Source: Candidatus Oleincola secundus (GTDB lineage Bacteria; Atribacterota; Phoenicimicrobiia; Phoenicimicrobiales; Stramentimicrobiaceae). From it: 44,649 nucleotides of DNA. The stretch is from positions 1 through 44,649 of the forward strand of contig JAGYLS010000006.1 in the NCBI GenBank assembly GCA_018400815.1, read 5' to 3'. The translations under genes and the position numbers were made by a program. Of the stretch, positions 9,201-18,827 are shown piece by piece. Numbering within the stretch: position 1 is the first letter of the stretch; each line of letters opens with the position of its first letter. The notes under the pieces were generated by a model. The model had not been told where the DNA came from. It was given only the letters and a program-made list of their open reading frames with translations, and searched no databases.

Positions 9201-9815
9201 GCATCAATGGGACAAATAAATTTTGATGCACTACAAGAATATAAAAATCAATCAGACAGATATAATGATCTTCAAAGAAAAAAAGATGAAATTATAAAAT
9301 CTAAAGAAAAATTAATTAATTTAATTAATAAAATTGACCGAATTGCTGAAGAACATTTTTATCAAACCTTTTTAAAAGTTGAAAGTAATTTTAAAGATAT
9401 ATTTCAAAAATTATTTATCGGTGGGCAAGTATCTTTAGAATTAACAAATGAAAAAAAATTATTAGAGACGGGTATTGAAGTAATGGCTCAGCCTCCCGGT
9501 AAAAAGTTACAAAATATTTCTTTATTATCAACAGGAGAAAGGGCATTAACAGCCATAGCTCTTTTATTTGCACTTTGGAAAGCTAACCCTAGTCCATTTT
9601 GTTTTTTTGATGAAATAGATTCTGCATTGGATGAGGCGAATGCTTTAAGACTAGCATCTTTTTTAAGAAATGAAGATCTAAAAGATGCCCAAATAATCAT
9701 CATTACTCATCAGAGAGGTATAATGGAATCGGCTGATGCTCTTTACGGTATTACGATGGAAGGCTCCGGCATATCAAAATTGATGTCTGTAAAAATATTG
9801 GATTCTGGGGAGTAG
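6231..9815 (+). CDS. smc: Chromosome partition protein SMC (divergent)
   Basis: GFKSFA, Walker A GPNGCGKSN, long coiled coils, Walker B/D-loop FFDEIDSALDE, IIITH; located between rnc and ftsY. Confidence 0.93.
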   Translation: MYLKEIEIKGFKSFANKIKLTITPGITVIVGPNGCGKSNVTDAVRWILGEQNIRSLRGKNLTDMIFSGNKYQKMRNLAEVSILFDNVDRKLPIDTEQVELKRVIYRSGTTENYINGLPCKLRDIHELFWGTGLGKNSYSIIAQGKVDFVLNSKPSERRILFEEAANISSYNNKKESAIKKLDLVKNNLLRINDILLEVKENLSYYQKKANDLKAYHSYRDYIRKLEFYLLSQQYMLYEKNTMKYDKKLADLSLEIVKIENLMKDSKKRIIQIEEKKEYLEKKLNDTEKCFQESEKEKINYNNQLIVLKQKKSELSQRISSTYEDIDNANKQFKKFKDSISNIEKDIQETESNYKIINENYAENNLLLKKYDDVFTYYSKMISNVEENNNTFANKYIHKYREEKIKEETIMKSLESSLLTIEKEILSINDKLIDNKKRLCSIGKNITYYESELVRLQKEKSEIGKTLNKNKLVIDQEYNIIRKLDNDIILKNKEKDFLLELTKNNPYKKTEINEDIFKKYFKDIRLLQEVYEIIQYIPDNLKHLMHFILDNQLKLIMVSNSEMIADIDQFLKVNKLGKIRLISNDVAEKVDLKSKKENINQYLSQEKVLGVANKLINYSSEFNNLFEILLGQVLIVEDMESALNLYKNLKGQWAIASLDGMLIAVNGLIMLNILSENKETNNNLLPEDKIEQLKKEIHFINKKKIEQQVVFDNSKNDNKELTRKTEQLDQQLKNYEYKLSKENNISIEINKKIAEYENQLKSLTFKKKSEEKRIQSLMKSIELSKSGINKVEEYIDSFQSFYQYILKINNLCLKNIDWLKKELENDNMKINWNEERKALMQNRTEEMNHFIQTYNQEENQRQVKITQYKNEEIQLMKQKSILEKKLKEIMQQRKLLDNDRIKYKESTKEQENILRKTHENIETNQGKLEEKKNIYHEVEMSKVQNQEKTNHLLNTIKNQYNSSVDEIILHKNEVNSQKEAYTKISKYKENIASMGQINFDALQEYKNQSDRYNDLQRKKDEIIKSKEKLINLINKIDRIAEEHFYQTFLKVESNFKDIFQKLFIGGQVSLELTNEKKLLETGIEVMAQPPGKKLQNISLLSTGERALTAIALLFALWKANPSPFCFFDEIDSALDEANALRLASFLRNEDLKDAQIIIITHQRGIMESADALYGITMEGSGISKLMSVKILDSGE

Positions 9816-9819
9816 AAAA

Positions 9820-10737
9820 ATTAATAATATATTTTATTCATTAAAAAAAGGATTAAAAAAGACAAGAAATAGTTTGCTTGACAAATATGATTTATTATTT
9901 ACCGATGCAGTAAAGGATAAAAAAGATTTTTTAGAAAAGATTGAAGAATTATTGATCTTATCAGATATTGGACCTAAGACTGCCGGTGAAATTTTAGGTA
10001 AATTTGAGGAAGTTAATTTACACCAGTTTAAGACAAAAGACTTTAATCATTTTAAAACACAATTAAAAAATATATTAATTGATATGATACCTGAACAAAG
10101 ACCAGCACTTAAACTAGACCCTGATTTTCTAAATATTATCATGATTGTCGGTGTAAACGGTACCGGCAAAACATCCTTTGCCGGTAAATTAGCCTATTAT
10201 TTTAAAAATAAAGGGAAAAAAAGTTTATTAGTCCCTGCTGATACTTATCGTGCAGGTGCCATTAATCAGCTAACATTATTAGCGAATCAGGCAGGGGTTG
10301 AAACACTAAAAACCTCAGAAGGAGCTGATCCAGCTTCAGTAGTTTTTGACGGATTGAGATCAGCCATGGCAAAAAAAAAGGAGTTATTGATTATTGATAC
10401 GGCTGGCAGACTGCATACTTATAATAATTTAATGAAAGAATTAGAGAAAATTAAAAGAGTAATTATAAAAACAGCTCCTGAAGCTTTATTAAAAACAATA
10501 TTAGTTATTGATGCTACTACTGGTCAGAATGGACTTATTCAAGCTCGGCATTTTAAAGAATCTCTAGATATTAGCAATCTTGCACTAACAAAATTGGATG
10601 GTACGGCTAAGGGAGGTATTGTCCTTACTATACAAAAAGAACTTTATATCCCTGTAGAATATATAACTTTTGGTGAGAAAATTGATAATCTGACAGAATA
10701 TGACCCGGAAAATTTTATTGAAGCGCTACTTGATTGA
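9820..10737 (+). CDS. ftsY: SRP receptor FtsY (short NG form; probable ATT start, first canonical start is TTG 9874)
   Basis: LKKGLKKTR amphipathic helix in frame upstream of 9874; GVNGTGKT, DTYRAGA, DTAGRLH, TKLDGTAKGG. Confidence 0.93.
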   Translation: MNNIFYSLKKGLKKTRNSLLDKYDLLFTDAVKDKKDFLEKIEELLILSDIGPKTAGEILGKFEEVNLHQFKTKDFNHFKTQLKNILIDMIPEQRPALKLDPDFLNIIMIVGVNGTGKTSFAGKLAYYFKNKGKKSLLVPADTYRAGAINQLTLLANQAGVETLKTSEGADPASVVFDGLRSAMAKKKELLIIDTAGRLHTYNNLMKELEKIKRVIIKTAPEALLKTILVIDATTGQNGLIQARHFKESLDISNLALTKLDGTAKGGIVLTIQKELYIPVEYITFGEKIDNLTEYDPENFIEALLD

Positions 10738-10930
10738 CACCTATTATAATTTTCTATATACTGATAAAGAATTTGTTCTTTTTATTGTTTCTATGCATAT
10801 TTGGTACAATGGTTATAAAAAAAAGAAATTATTTAATATTGATATTTTATTGAAATTAATTTCTGATAATATTAATTTTTTGTTATAATATTTTTTTGAA
10901 AGGCATCTTTAAATGTTAAGGTAATGAATA

Positions 10931-12259
10931 ATGTTAGGTATACTGTCAGAAAAATTACAAAATATTTTAAATAAAATTAAAGACAAGGGAAAGATTACTG
11001 AAAAGGATATAAAGCAATCTTTAAGAGAAGTAAAGTTGGCACTCTTAGAAGCAGATGTAAATTATAAGGTTGTAAAAGACTTTATATCAAAATTAGAAAA
11101 GCGTGCTAGCCAAGAGGACTTATCTAGAGCATTAACACCGGGTCAGCAGATGGTTAAAATTACTCATGAAGTTCTCACAGAAATACTAGGCAATTATCAG
11201 AGCAAAGTTAGAACTGACATTAATGTTCCAACAATTATTCTATTAGTTGGCTTGCAAGGTTCTGGAAAAACAACCACTGCAGCCAAATTAGCATCACAAA
11301 TGAAAAGTCAAGGACATGATCCAATGTTGGTTGCTGCTGACAAAATAAGACCAGCAGCTGTTGAACAATTGCAGGTAATGGGTAAAAAAGCTGGAGTTGA
11401 AGTTTTTTCAAGAGGAACAAATGAAAAATCAATACAGACCATAAAGGCAGCAGAACAATTCGCAAAAGAAAATAAAAAAGATGTAATGATTATTGACACT
11501 GCCGGAAGACTGCATATTGACAAAAATCTCCTTAAAGAAATTAAAGACATAAAAAATGCCTTAGCTGTCAATGAAACTTTATTGGTTTTGGATTCATTGA
11601 TGGGACAAGATGCGTTACAGGTAGCAGACACTTTTAACCAAGAAGTTGGAATAGATGGATATATATTAACTAAGTTGGATGGAGATGCCCGTGGTGGTGT
11701 TACCTTATCAATTAAAGGTATAACCTCTTTACCAATTAAATATATAGGGATTGGCGAAAAAATTAATGATATTGAACCTTTTTATCCTGATAGAATGTCC
11801 TCTAGAATTCTTGGAATGGGAGATACGGTAACTTTAATTGAAAAAATTGAAGCTAATTATGACCGTAATGAAATAAAAAAGATGGGCAAAAAAGAATTTA
11901 GAGAACAATTCGATTTAAACGATTTTTATGAACAACTAAAAAGGTTAAAAAATATGGGTTCACTTGACAGAATATTCGATATGTTACCAATGAAGGGTCT
12001 TGGTTTAGCAAATGGAATAAATCCGAGTTTAGATGGCAGTGAAAAAGAGTTGGGTAAGGTCGAAGCAATAATATGCTCAATGACAAACCGGGAAAAAGCT
12101 GGGCCAGACATAATTAATGGAAGCAGGAGAAGGAGAATTGCAAATGGCAGTGGAACAACCGTTAGTGATGTAAATCGTTTATTAAAACAATTTTTAAAGA
12201 TGAAAAAATTTTTAAAACAAGGTCCAAACAAGCAATCAATAGCTTCGTTTATTAAATAG
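10931..12259 (+). CDS. ffh: Signal recognition particle protein Ffh
   Basis: ALLEADV, GLQGSGKTTT, DTAGRL, TKLDGDARGG, M-domain SRRRRIANGSG. Confidence 0.97.
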   Translation: MLGILSEKLQNILNKIKDKGKITEKDIKQSLREVKLALLEADVNYKVVKDFISKLEKRASQEDLSRALTPGQQMVKITHEVLTEILGNYQSKVRTDINVPTIILLVGLQGSGKTTTAAKLASQMKSQGHDPMLVAADKIRPAAVEQLQVMGKKAGVEVFSRGTNEKSIQTIKAAEQFAKENKKDVMIIDTAGRLHIDKNLLKEIKDIKNALAVNETLLVLDSLMGQDALQVADTFNQEVGIDGYILTKLDGDARGGVTLSIKGITSLPIKYIGIGEKINDIEPFYPDRMSSRILGMGDTVTLIEKIEANYDRNEIKKMGKKEFREQFDLNDFYEQLKRLKNMGSLDRIFDMLPMKGLGLANGINPSLDGSEKELGKVEAIICSMTNREKAGPDIINGSRRRRIANGSGTTVSDVNRLLKQFLKMKKFLKQGPNKQSIASFIK

Positions 12260-12324
12260 GATTATCTTTATAAAGTAAAAATATTTGAATATTAATTATT
12301 TGACAATATAGATGGAGGAATAAT

Positions 12325-12600
12325 ATGTCAGCAAAAATAAAATTAAGAAGAGAAGGGGCTAAGAAAAACCCTTCTTATAAGATTGTAGTAATTGATTCAC
12401 GTAAACCAAGAGACGGAAGATTTATAAAAATGTTGGGTTATTACCAACCAACAAGTGAACCTTGTGGTTTTAAAGTAGATAAAGAAGAAAGCTTAAAATG
12501 GATAAGCCAAGGTGCAACAATGACCAGAACGGTAGAATCTCTTTTTAAAAAAAATGGAATACTGGAAAATTCCCTTAATAAAAAAATTAATTCTAAATAA
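12325..12600 (+). CDS. rpsP: 30S ribosomal protein S16
   Basis: KIKLRREGAKKNPSYKIVVIDSRKPRDGRFI. Confidence 0.96.
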   Translation: MSAKIKLRREGAKKNPSYKIVVIDSRKPRDGRFIKMLGYYQPTSEPCGFKVDKEESLKWISQGATMTRTVESLFKKNGILENSLNKKINSK

Positions 12601-12617
12601 TATTTTGGAGAAAAAGC

Positions 12618-12848
12618 TTGAAAGATATTATTGAATTTTTATTAAAAGAAATAGTAAATTTCCCCGACCGTGTTCAAATCAATGAAATTAACGGAGAAAA
12701 TTTAAATGTTTTGGAAATAAGCGTTGATTCAACTGATGTTGGTAAAATCATCGGTAAACAGGGCAGGGTAATTAAGGCAATTCGGACAATAGTAAAAGCA
12801 GCTACAATCAAAGATGATAAAAAAACAATAATTAAAATTTCTGAATAA
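12618..12848 (+). CDS. khpA: KH-domain RNA-binding protein KhpA
   Basis: DVGKIIGKQGRVIKAIRT; follows rpsP; TTG start after GGAG. Confidence 0.92.
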   Translation: MKDIIEFLLKEIVNFPDRVQINEINGENLNVLEISVDSTDVGKIIGKQGRVIKAIRTIVKAATIKDDKKTIIKISE

Positions 12849-12892
12849 CAAAAAATTATTTTTTTAATAATAAGTGAGAAGCAAGGTATAAT

Positions 12893-13651
12893 ATGGAAAT
12901 AAACATATTGACAATTTTTCCGGAGATGTTTGTGTCACCCTTTTCGGAAAGTATTATCAAAAGAGCACAGGAAAAAGAATTAGTCAATATAAATATCTTA
13001 GACATAAGAGATTTTACTAAAGATAAACATAGAAGTGTTGATGATTATTCCTATGGGGGTGGACCGGGAATGGTCTTAAAGCCGGAACCAATCATTGAAG
13101 CAATGGAACGTGTCAGGAATGAGAAAAAAATAGGATTAAATACTAAAATCATTATTTCCTCTGCACAAGGCAAGAAATTTAACCAGAAAATGGCAAAAAG
13201 ATTATCAGACCATACAAATCTTGTCTTTATTTGCGGAAGATATGAAGGAATTGACGAACGAGTTTCACACTTATTAAAAGCAGAAGAAGTATCCATTGGA
13301 GATTATGTAATGACTGGTGGAGAGATTCCTGTTATGGTTATGGTTGATGTTATTATTCGCATGATACCCGGGGTTCTGGGCAAAGAAGAATCAATGATTA
13401 ATGATTCATTCTATAATGGCTTGCTTGACTATCCTCATTTCACCAGACCAGAAAAATATAAGGGACATGAGGTACCTGGGGTTTTATTATCAGGCAATCA
13501 TAAAAAGATTGAAATTTGGAGAAAAAAACAATCTCTCCTGGAAACAATGATTAGAAGACCGGATTTATTAGTTGATAGAAAATTTAGCAAAGAAGAAATG
13601 AAAATTATAAATGAGTTAAAAACAGATGAGAAGGAAAAGAGAGGAAAATAA
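12893..13651 (+). CDS. trmD: tRNA m1G37 methyltransferase TrmD
   Basis: VDDYSYGGGPGMV, CGRYEGIDER, SIGDYVMTGGE, LLSGNH. Confidence 0.97.
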   Translation: MEINILTIFPEMFVSPFSESIIKRAQEKELVNINILDIRDFTKDKHRSVDDYSYGGGPGMVLKPEPIIEAMERVRNEKKIGLNTKIIISSAQGKKFNQKMAKRLSDHTNLVFICGRYEGIDERVSHLLKAEEVSIGDYVMTGGEIPVMVMVDVIIRMIPGVLGKEESMINDSFYNGLLDYPHFTRPEKYKGHEVPGVLLSGNHKKIEIWRKKQSLLETMIRRPDLLVDRKFSKEEMKIINELKTDEKEKRGK

Positions 13652-13653
13652 TA

Positions 13654-13986
13654 ATGGATTATATAAAAGATATTGAAGATGTACAGTTAAAAAAAGAAAA
13701 CTTTGAGGCAAATCCAGGTGATTTAATAGAAGTATATCAGAAAATTGTTGAAGGAGAAAGAAAAAGAATACAAGTATTTAGGGGTATATTAATTGCCCAA
13801 AAACATGGTGGAAGCAGAGAAACAATTACTGTTAGGAAAGTAACTAAAGGTATTGGGGTTGAAAAAATATTCCCGCTAAATTCCCCAAATATTGAAAAAA
13901 TTAAACTTATCAAAAGGGGATCCACCAGAAAAGCAAAATTATATTATTTAAGGAACAGAGTTGGCCAAAAAGGTTTGATGACCTAA
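13654..13986 (+). CDS. rplS: 50S ribosomal protein L19
   Basis: RIQVFRG, ITVRK, GVEKIFP, RKAKLYYLR. Confidence 0.96.
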   Translation: MDYIKDIEDVQLKKENFEANPGDLIEVYQKIVEGERKRIQVFRGILIAQKHGGSRETITVRKVTKGIGVEKIFPLNSPNIEKIKLIKRGSTRKAKLYYLRNRVGQKGLMT

Positions 13987-14007
13987 ACATATATCCTGTG
14001 GAGTAAA

Positions 14008-14742
14008 TTGAATAAAAGATATTATATAGGAAAGATACTTCGCTTAAAAAAAAATATTAAGTTTTTTTACCGAGAAAGAGAAAGAGTGGAAAGACTTAAA
14101 TGTTTCGAAAAAAGACATATTTCTAATGGCTTTTATTATATTGCTGGAATAGATGAGGTTGGACGGGGAGCTTTGGCAGGACCTGTTGTTGCAGCTGCAG
14201 TGGTTATTAAGGATATTGATTATTTTTATCTTACTTACCTTAAGGATTCAAAAAAATTAAATAGAATAAAAAGAGAGAATCTTTTTGAGCTTATCAAAAA
14301 CAAATCAAAAGATATAGGTATTGGAATTGTTGAACCTGACATAATAGATAAAATCAACATTGCACAAGCAACTTTTCTGGCAATGAAAAGAGCCCTTATG
14401 AATTTGAAGAGATTTCCTGATTATATTTTAGTTGATGCATTTAAAATTCCTTATAACCGAATACCTCAAGATAATCTTATCAAGGGTGAAGATAAAAGTA
14501 TTTCTATTGCTGCAGCATCCATTATTGCCAAGGTATACCGTGATAAAATTATGTACGATTTCAATAAAAAGTATCCTTTTTATCAATTTGATAAAAATGT
14601 TGGATATGGTACAAGAAACCATATAATGGCAATTAAAAAATATGGTATTTGTCCTTTGCATCGAAAAACATTCAAAAGTGTATTAAAGGATGTGGATATG
14701 AACAAAAATATTATCAAACAAGAAAGGTTATATGCATATTGA
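14008..14742 (+). CDS. rnhB: Ribonuclease HII
   Basis: AGIDEVGRGALAGPV, DSKKL, SIAAASIIAKV, HRKTF. Confidence 0.96.
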   Translation: MNKRYYIGKILRLKKNIKFFYRERERVERLKCFEKRHISNGFYYIAGIDEVGRGALAGPVVAAAVVIKDIDYFYLTYLKDSKKLNRIKRENLFELIKNKSKDIGIGIVEPDIIDKINIAQATFLAMKRALMNLKRFPDYILVDAFKIPYNRIPQDNLIKGEDKSISIAAASIIAKVYRDKIMYDFNKKYPFYQFDKNVGYGTRNHIMAIKKYGICPLHRKTFKSVLKDVDMNKNIIKQERLYAY

Positions 14743-14749
14743 ATTATAA

Positions 14750-15103
14750 ATGAATAACATTGGACAAATTGGAGAAGATTTAGCAGGACAGTACTTGCTC
14801 AGAAACGGTTATACTATTTTGGAACAGAATCTTAAAGCCCCTTTTGGTGAAATTGATATTATTGCTGAAAAGAAAAATTGTATTTGCTTTATAGAAGTAA
14901 AATCAAGAAAGTCAAAAAAGTATGGTCTTCCGGAAGAGGCGATCACTCCTATAAAAAAGAAAAAAATAATTAAAGTCGCTCAGTTTTATATAAAAAAGAA
15001 ACAAATAAAAAATAAATTATTTCGTTTTGATGTTATTTCCATAAAATTTGATAAATATTTATTAAGAGAAATAAGGCATATTACTAATGCTTTTATTCAA
15101 TAA
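14750..15103 (+). CDS. yraN: YraN/UPF0102 family PD-(D/E)xK nuclease
   Basis: [26 protein letters not shown]; sits upstream of comM as usual. Confidence 0.9.
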   Translation: MNNIGQIGEDLAGQYLLRNGYTILEQNLKAPFGEIDIIAEKKNCICFIEVKSRKSKKYGLPEEAITPIKKKKIIKVAQFYIKKKQIKNKLFRFDVISIKFDKYLLREIRHITNAFIQ

Positions 15104-15129
15104 TTATAACATGGATTGTAGGTGTTCTG

Positions 15130-16665
15130 TTGATAGCAAAACTTCGCAGTACTGGCCTTTTTGGAGTAGATGCATTTGTCGTTGAAGTAGAAATAGATGT
15201 TTCTAATGGACTCCCTTCTTTTAATATTGTCGGACTTCCAGATACAGCTGTACAGGAATCAAGAGAGAGAGTAAGGTCTGCAATAAAAAATACTGAATAT
15301 CAATTTCCCATGCAAAGAATAACTGTTAATTTAGCCCCGGCCAACGTCAAGAAAGAAGGACCAGCCCTGGATTTACCTATCGCCATTGGAATATTGGCCG
15401 CCAACAATCAGATAAATAATTTTTCTTATAATAAATTTATTATCATCGGAGAGGTCTCTCTTAATGGTCAAATAAGACCGGTGAATGGTATATTGTCTAT
15501 AGCACTAATGGCGAGGAGAAAAGGATTTAAAAATATAATTGTACCCAAAGAAAATGCACCTGAAGCTGGTATTGTAGATGGAATTAATATTTATCCTATT
15601 TCTAATTTGAGAGAAGTGGTTAGGTTTCTAAATAAAGAAATTGATATTTTGCCAATTAAGGTTGATAAAAAAGAAATAATGAGGCATAGTAATGATTATC
15701 AAATAGATTTTTCTGATGTAAAAGGTCAAAACCATGCCAAAAGAGCCCTAGAGGTCGCTGCTGCAGGTAGTCATAATGTAATTATGATAGGACCACCTGG
15801 ATCTGGTAAAACAATGTTAGCTCAAAGGATACCAACAATTTTACCATCTTTGTCCCTGGAGGAATCAATAGAAATAACACGGTTATATAGTGTTTCCAAT
15901 CTATCTAATCGGGATTGCCCAATTATGACTAGGAGACCTTTTCGTTCTCCACACCATACTATTAGTAATATAGGATTAATCGGTGGTGGGCGTATACCAA
16001 AACCAGGAGAAATTAGTATGGCACATAACGGTGTACTATTTTTAGACGAATTGCCTGAATTTAATCGTTCTGCCTTGGAGTCATTACGCCAACCTTTAGA
16101 AAGTGGTAAAGTCACAATATCCAGGACATTAAGATCAGTTACTTATCTTTCTCATTTTATGCTAATTGCCGCTGCTAACCCATGTCCTTGTGGTTATTTT
16201 GGTGACCCCGTAAAACAGTGTACCTGTACTTCTAATCAAATCCGAAAATATAGATCAAAAATCTCAGGCCCATTGTTGGATAGAATAGATATACAAATTG
16301 AAGTACCAAGATTAGATTATAGGGAATTAGCAAACAGAAATAGTCATGAAGATACTTCTAATACAATCAGGGACAGAATAGAAAAATCAAGAAATATTCA
16401 GCAGATGCGTTTTAAAAATCAATCTATATTTAGTAATTCTCAAATGAATCGTAAAGATATTGAAAAACATTGCAAATTATCGAAAGACGGTTGGGCTTTG
16501 TTGAATCATGCCATGGATAAATTAAAATTAAGCGCCCGAGCTTATGATAAAATATTAAAACTATCAAGAACAATTGCAGATCTTAGTTTGTCGGAAGAAA
16601 TAAATATTTCTCATCTATCCGAGGCAATTCAATACCGAAGTTTGGATAGAGAAGATTTAATATAA
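15130..16665 (+). CDS. comM: ComM/YifB Mg-chelatase-like AAA+ helicase
   Basis: [54 protein letters not shown]. Confidence 0.93.
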   Translation: MIAKLRSTGLFGVDAFVVEVEIDVSNGLPSFNIVGLPDTAVQESRERVRSAIKNTEYQFPMQRITVNLAPANVKKEGPALDLPIAIGILAANNQINNFSYNKFIIIGEVSLNGQIRPVNGILSIALMARRKGFKNIIVPKENAPEAGIVDGINIYPISNLREVVRFLNKEIDILPIKVDKKEIMRHSNDYQIDFSDVKGQNHAKRALEVAAAGSHNVIMIGPPGSGKTMLAQRIPTILPSLSLEESIEITRLYSVSNLSNRDCPIMTRRPFRSPHHTISNIGLIGGGRIPKPGEISMAHNGVLFLDELPEFNRSALESLRQPLESGKVTISRTLRSVTYLSHFMLIAAANPCPCGYFGDPVKQCTCTSNQIRKYRSKISGPLLDRIDIQIEVPRLDYRELANRNSHEDTSNTIRDRIEKSRNIQQMRFKNQSIFSNSQMNRKDIEKHCKLSKDGWALLNHAMDKLKLSARAYDKILKLSRTIADLSLSEEINISHLSEAIQYRSLDREDLI

Positions 16666-16705
16666 TAAATATCGTTTTTTAATTTTTTTTTGAAAGGGTA
16701 AGATA

Positions 16706-17374
16706 ATGATTAAAAATAAATTGGCACCATCGATATTGAATGCTGATTTTTCTTGTTTAAGAGAAGTTTTACTTATGTTAGAAAAAAGTAAAATAGATTT
16801 GATACATCTTGATATAATGGATGGTAATTTTGTTCCAAATATATCTTTTGGGCCCATGATAGTTGAAACAATAAGTAAAATCACCTCTATTCCATTGAGT
16901 GTACATCTGATGATAGAAAATCCAGAAAATTTTATCAATGATTTCTCTCATGCTATGGATAAAAACGATTGTCTTATAGTCCATGCAGAGGCTTGTAAGC
17001 ATTTAGATAGCACACTTCAGATTATTCTTGATTCTGGTTTAAAGGCAGGAGTAGCGCTGAATCCCTCTTCACCATTGGAATTAATAAAATATGTTACGGA
17101 TAAATTGAATACTATACTTATTATGACAGTAAATCCTGGATTTGGTGGTCAAAAATTCATACCGTCAATGATGTCAAAGATTACAGCAGCCAGGGAAATG
17201 GTTATAAAAGCTAAAAAAGATATTGATATTCAGGTTGATGGTGGAATTAATCTTGAAAATATCTTAGGTGTAAACCAAGCTGGTGCTAACATATTAGTAG
17301 TTGGTTCTGAAATATTTAAATCACAATATCCTGAAAAAATAATTAACAGTATTCAAGAAATGTTGTCTAAATAA
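16706..17374 (+). CDS. rpe: Ribulose-phosphate 3-epimerase
   Basis: APSILNADF, HLDIMDGNFVPN, MTVNPGFGGQKF, VDGGI. Confidence 0.96.
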   Translation: MIKNKLAPSILNADFSCLREVLLMLEKSKIDLIHLDIMDGNFVPNISFGPMIVETISKITSIPLSVHLMIENPENFINDFSHAMDKNDCLIVHAEACKHLDSTLQIILDSGLKAGVALNPSSPLELIKYVTDKLNTILIMTVNPGFGGQKFIPSMMSKITAAREMVIKAKKDIDIQVDGGINLENILGVNQAGANILVVGSEIFKSQYPEKIINSIQEMLSK

Positions 17375-17471
17375 AATTATCATTTCTAATCAATAACATT
17401 CTTACAAAATAAATTGCGCAATATTATAATATGATTAATATTTTAAACAATATAAAAAACAGAGCAGGATT

Positions 17472-18812
17472 ATGGTAACAAAAATAGCAATTATCGGAAA
17501 GACAAATACAGGAAAATCAACTTTATTTAATCGCCTAGTTGGATATAGAAAGGCAATAGTTTTAAGAGAAACAGGTATTACCCGTGATAGAAACTATGCT
17601 GATTTTTCCTGGCAAGGTAAAACTTTCACTTTGATTGATACAGGCGGAATTGATTACGATAAAGAAAAAGAATTTATACAAGGGAAAATAGTCGAACAAT
17701 CAAAAAGAGCAATAATCGAATCTGATATTGTTCTGCTAATGCTTGATATTATGACAGGCATTCAACAAGAAGATGTTGATATTGCCAAATTTATCCGCAA
17801 AAAAAATAAAAAGACAATTTTAGTAATTAATAAAAACGACATTAAAGATAGAAACTATTTTTTAGGTGATTTCATCAAACTGGGTATGGGAAACCCCTGT
17901 TTTGTATCAGCAGAGCAAGGGGAAAATATTGGTGAATTATTGGAAAGAATTGTCAAATTAACTGCTGATGATAATGAAACTGGTAAAGATAACGAAGAAA
18001 AAGATAGCAATACAATAAAGATTGCCATCATTGGAAAACCAAATGTGGGTAAATCCAGTATTTTAAATGCACTTCTAAATGATGAAAGAATAATTGTTGA
18101 TAACTATCCCGGTACTACACGCGATGCCATTGAAGCTTCCATGGATTTTAATGAATATAAATTGAAATTTGTAGATACATCTGGTCTTCGTAGGAAAAAA
18201 AGTGTTAAAGAAAAAGTTGAATATTTCGGAAATATTCGTGCATTGGAATCCATTAAAAAAGTAGATATAGTGTTACTTGTTTTAAATGCAAATAATTATA
18301 TAAGTATGCAGGATAAACGTCTTGCAGAAAAGATTATGGAAGAAAAAAAGGCTTGTATTGTTTTGTTAAATAAATATGATTTAGTAGTCAAACAAAAAGA
18401 AATTGATAAAGATTTATTACTAAAAATGAGTAGATACGAATTAAGATTTCTAAAAGATACACAGATATTAACAACTATAGCAGTTGGTGCAAAAAAAAAT
18501 GTTTCTCAAATTTTAAAAGCAATTACAAACACCTATAATGAATATAATAAAAATATTACTACTCCGGAATTGAACAAATTTTTGCAAAAAATTGTAAATC
18601 ACAAACCTCCAAAAATTATTAATGGAAGAAGGCTTCATTTTTTTTATATTACCCAGGTAGGGGTAAATCCACCAACATTTAAGGTATTTGTAAATGAACC
18701 TGAACTCTTATATAATTCATATCAAAGATATCTTGAAAATCAATTTATGCAGTATTTTAATCTTAAAGGAATTCCCATTGTATTACATTATCAAAAAAGA
18801 AAAAAATATTAA
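17472..18812 (+). CDS. der: Ribosome biogenesis GTPase Der (EngA)
   Basis: Two G domains (GKTNTGKS/DTGG/NKND; GKPNVGKS/DTSG/NKYD) plus C-terminal KH-like domain. Confidence 0.96.
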   Translation: MVTKIAIIGKTNTGKSTLFNRLVGYRKAIVLRETGITRDRNYADFSWQGKTFTLIDTGGIDYDKEKEFIQGKIVEQSKRAIIESDIVLLMLDIMTGIQQEDVDIAKFIRKKNKKTILVINKNDIKDRNYFLGDFIKLGMGNPCFVSAEQGENIGELLERIVKLTADDNETGKDNEEKDSNTIKIAIIGKPNVGKSSILNALLNDERIIVDNYPGTTRDAIEASMDFNEYKLKFVDTSGLRRKKSVKEKVEYFGNIRALESIKKVDIVLLVLNANNYISMQDKRLAEKIMEEKKACIVLLNKYDLVVKQKEIDKDLLLKMSRYELRFLKDTQILTTIAVGAKKNVSQILKAITNTYNEYNKNITTPELNKFLQKIVNHKPPKIINGRRLHFFYITQVGVNPPTFKVFVNEPELLYNSYQRYLENQFMQYFNLKGIPIVLHYQKRKKY

Positions 18813-18827
18813 TTGGATGATTAAGAA

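Noticed and set aside
10700..10888. 62-aa ORF between ftsY and ffh as ylxM, or SRP RNA in this gap
   Set aside because: No YlxM-like helix-turn-helix sequence; it overlaps ftsY and lacks an SD. The gap is AT-rich with no SRP domain IV stem.
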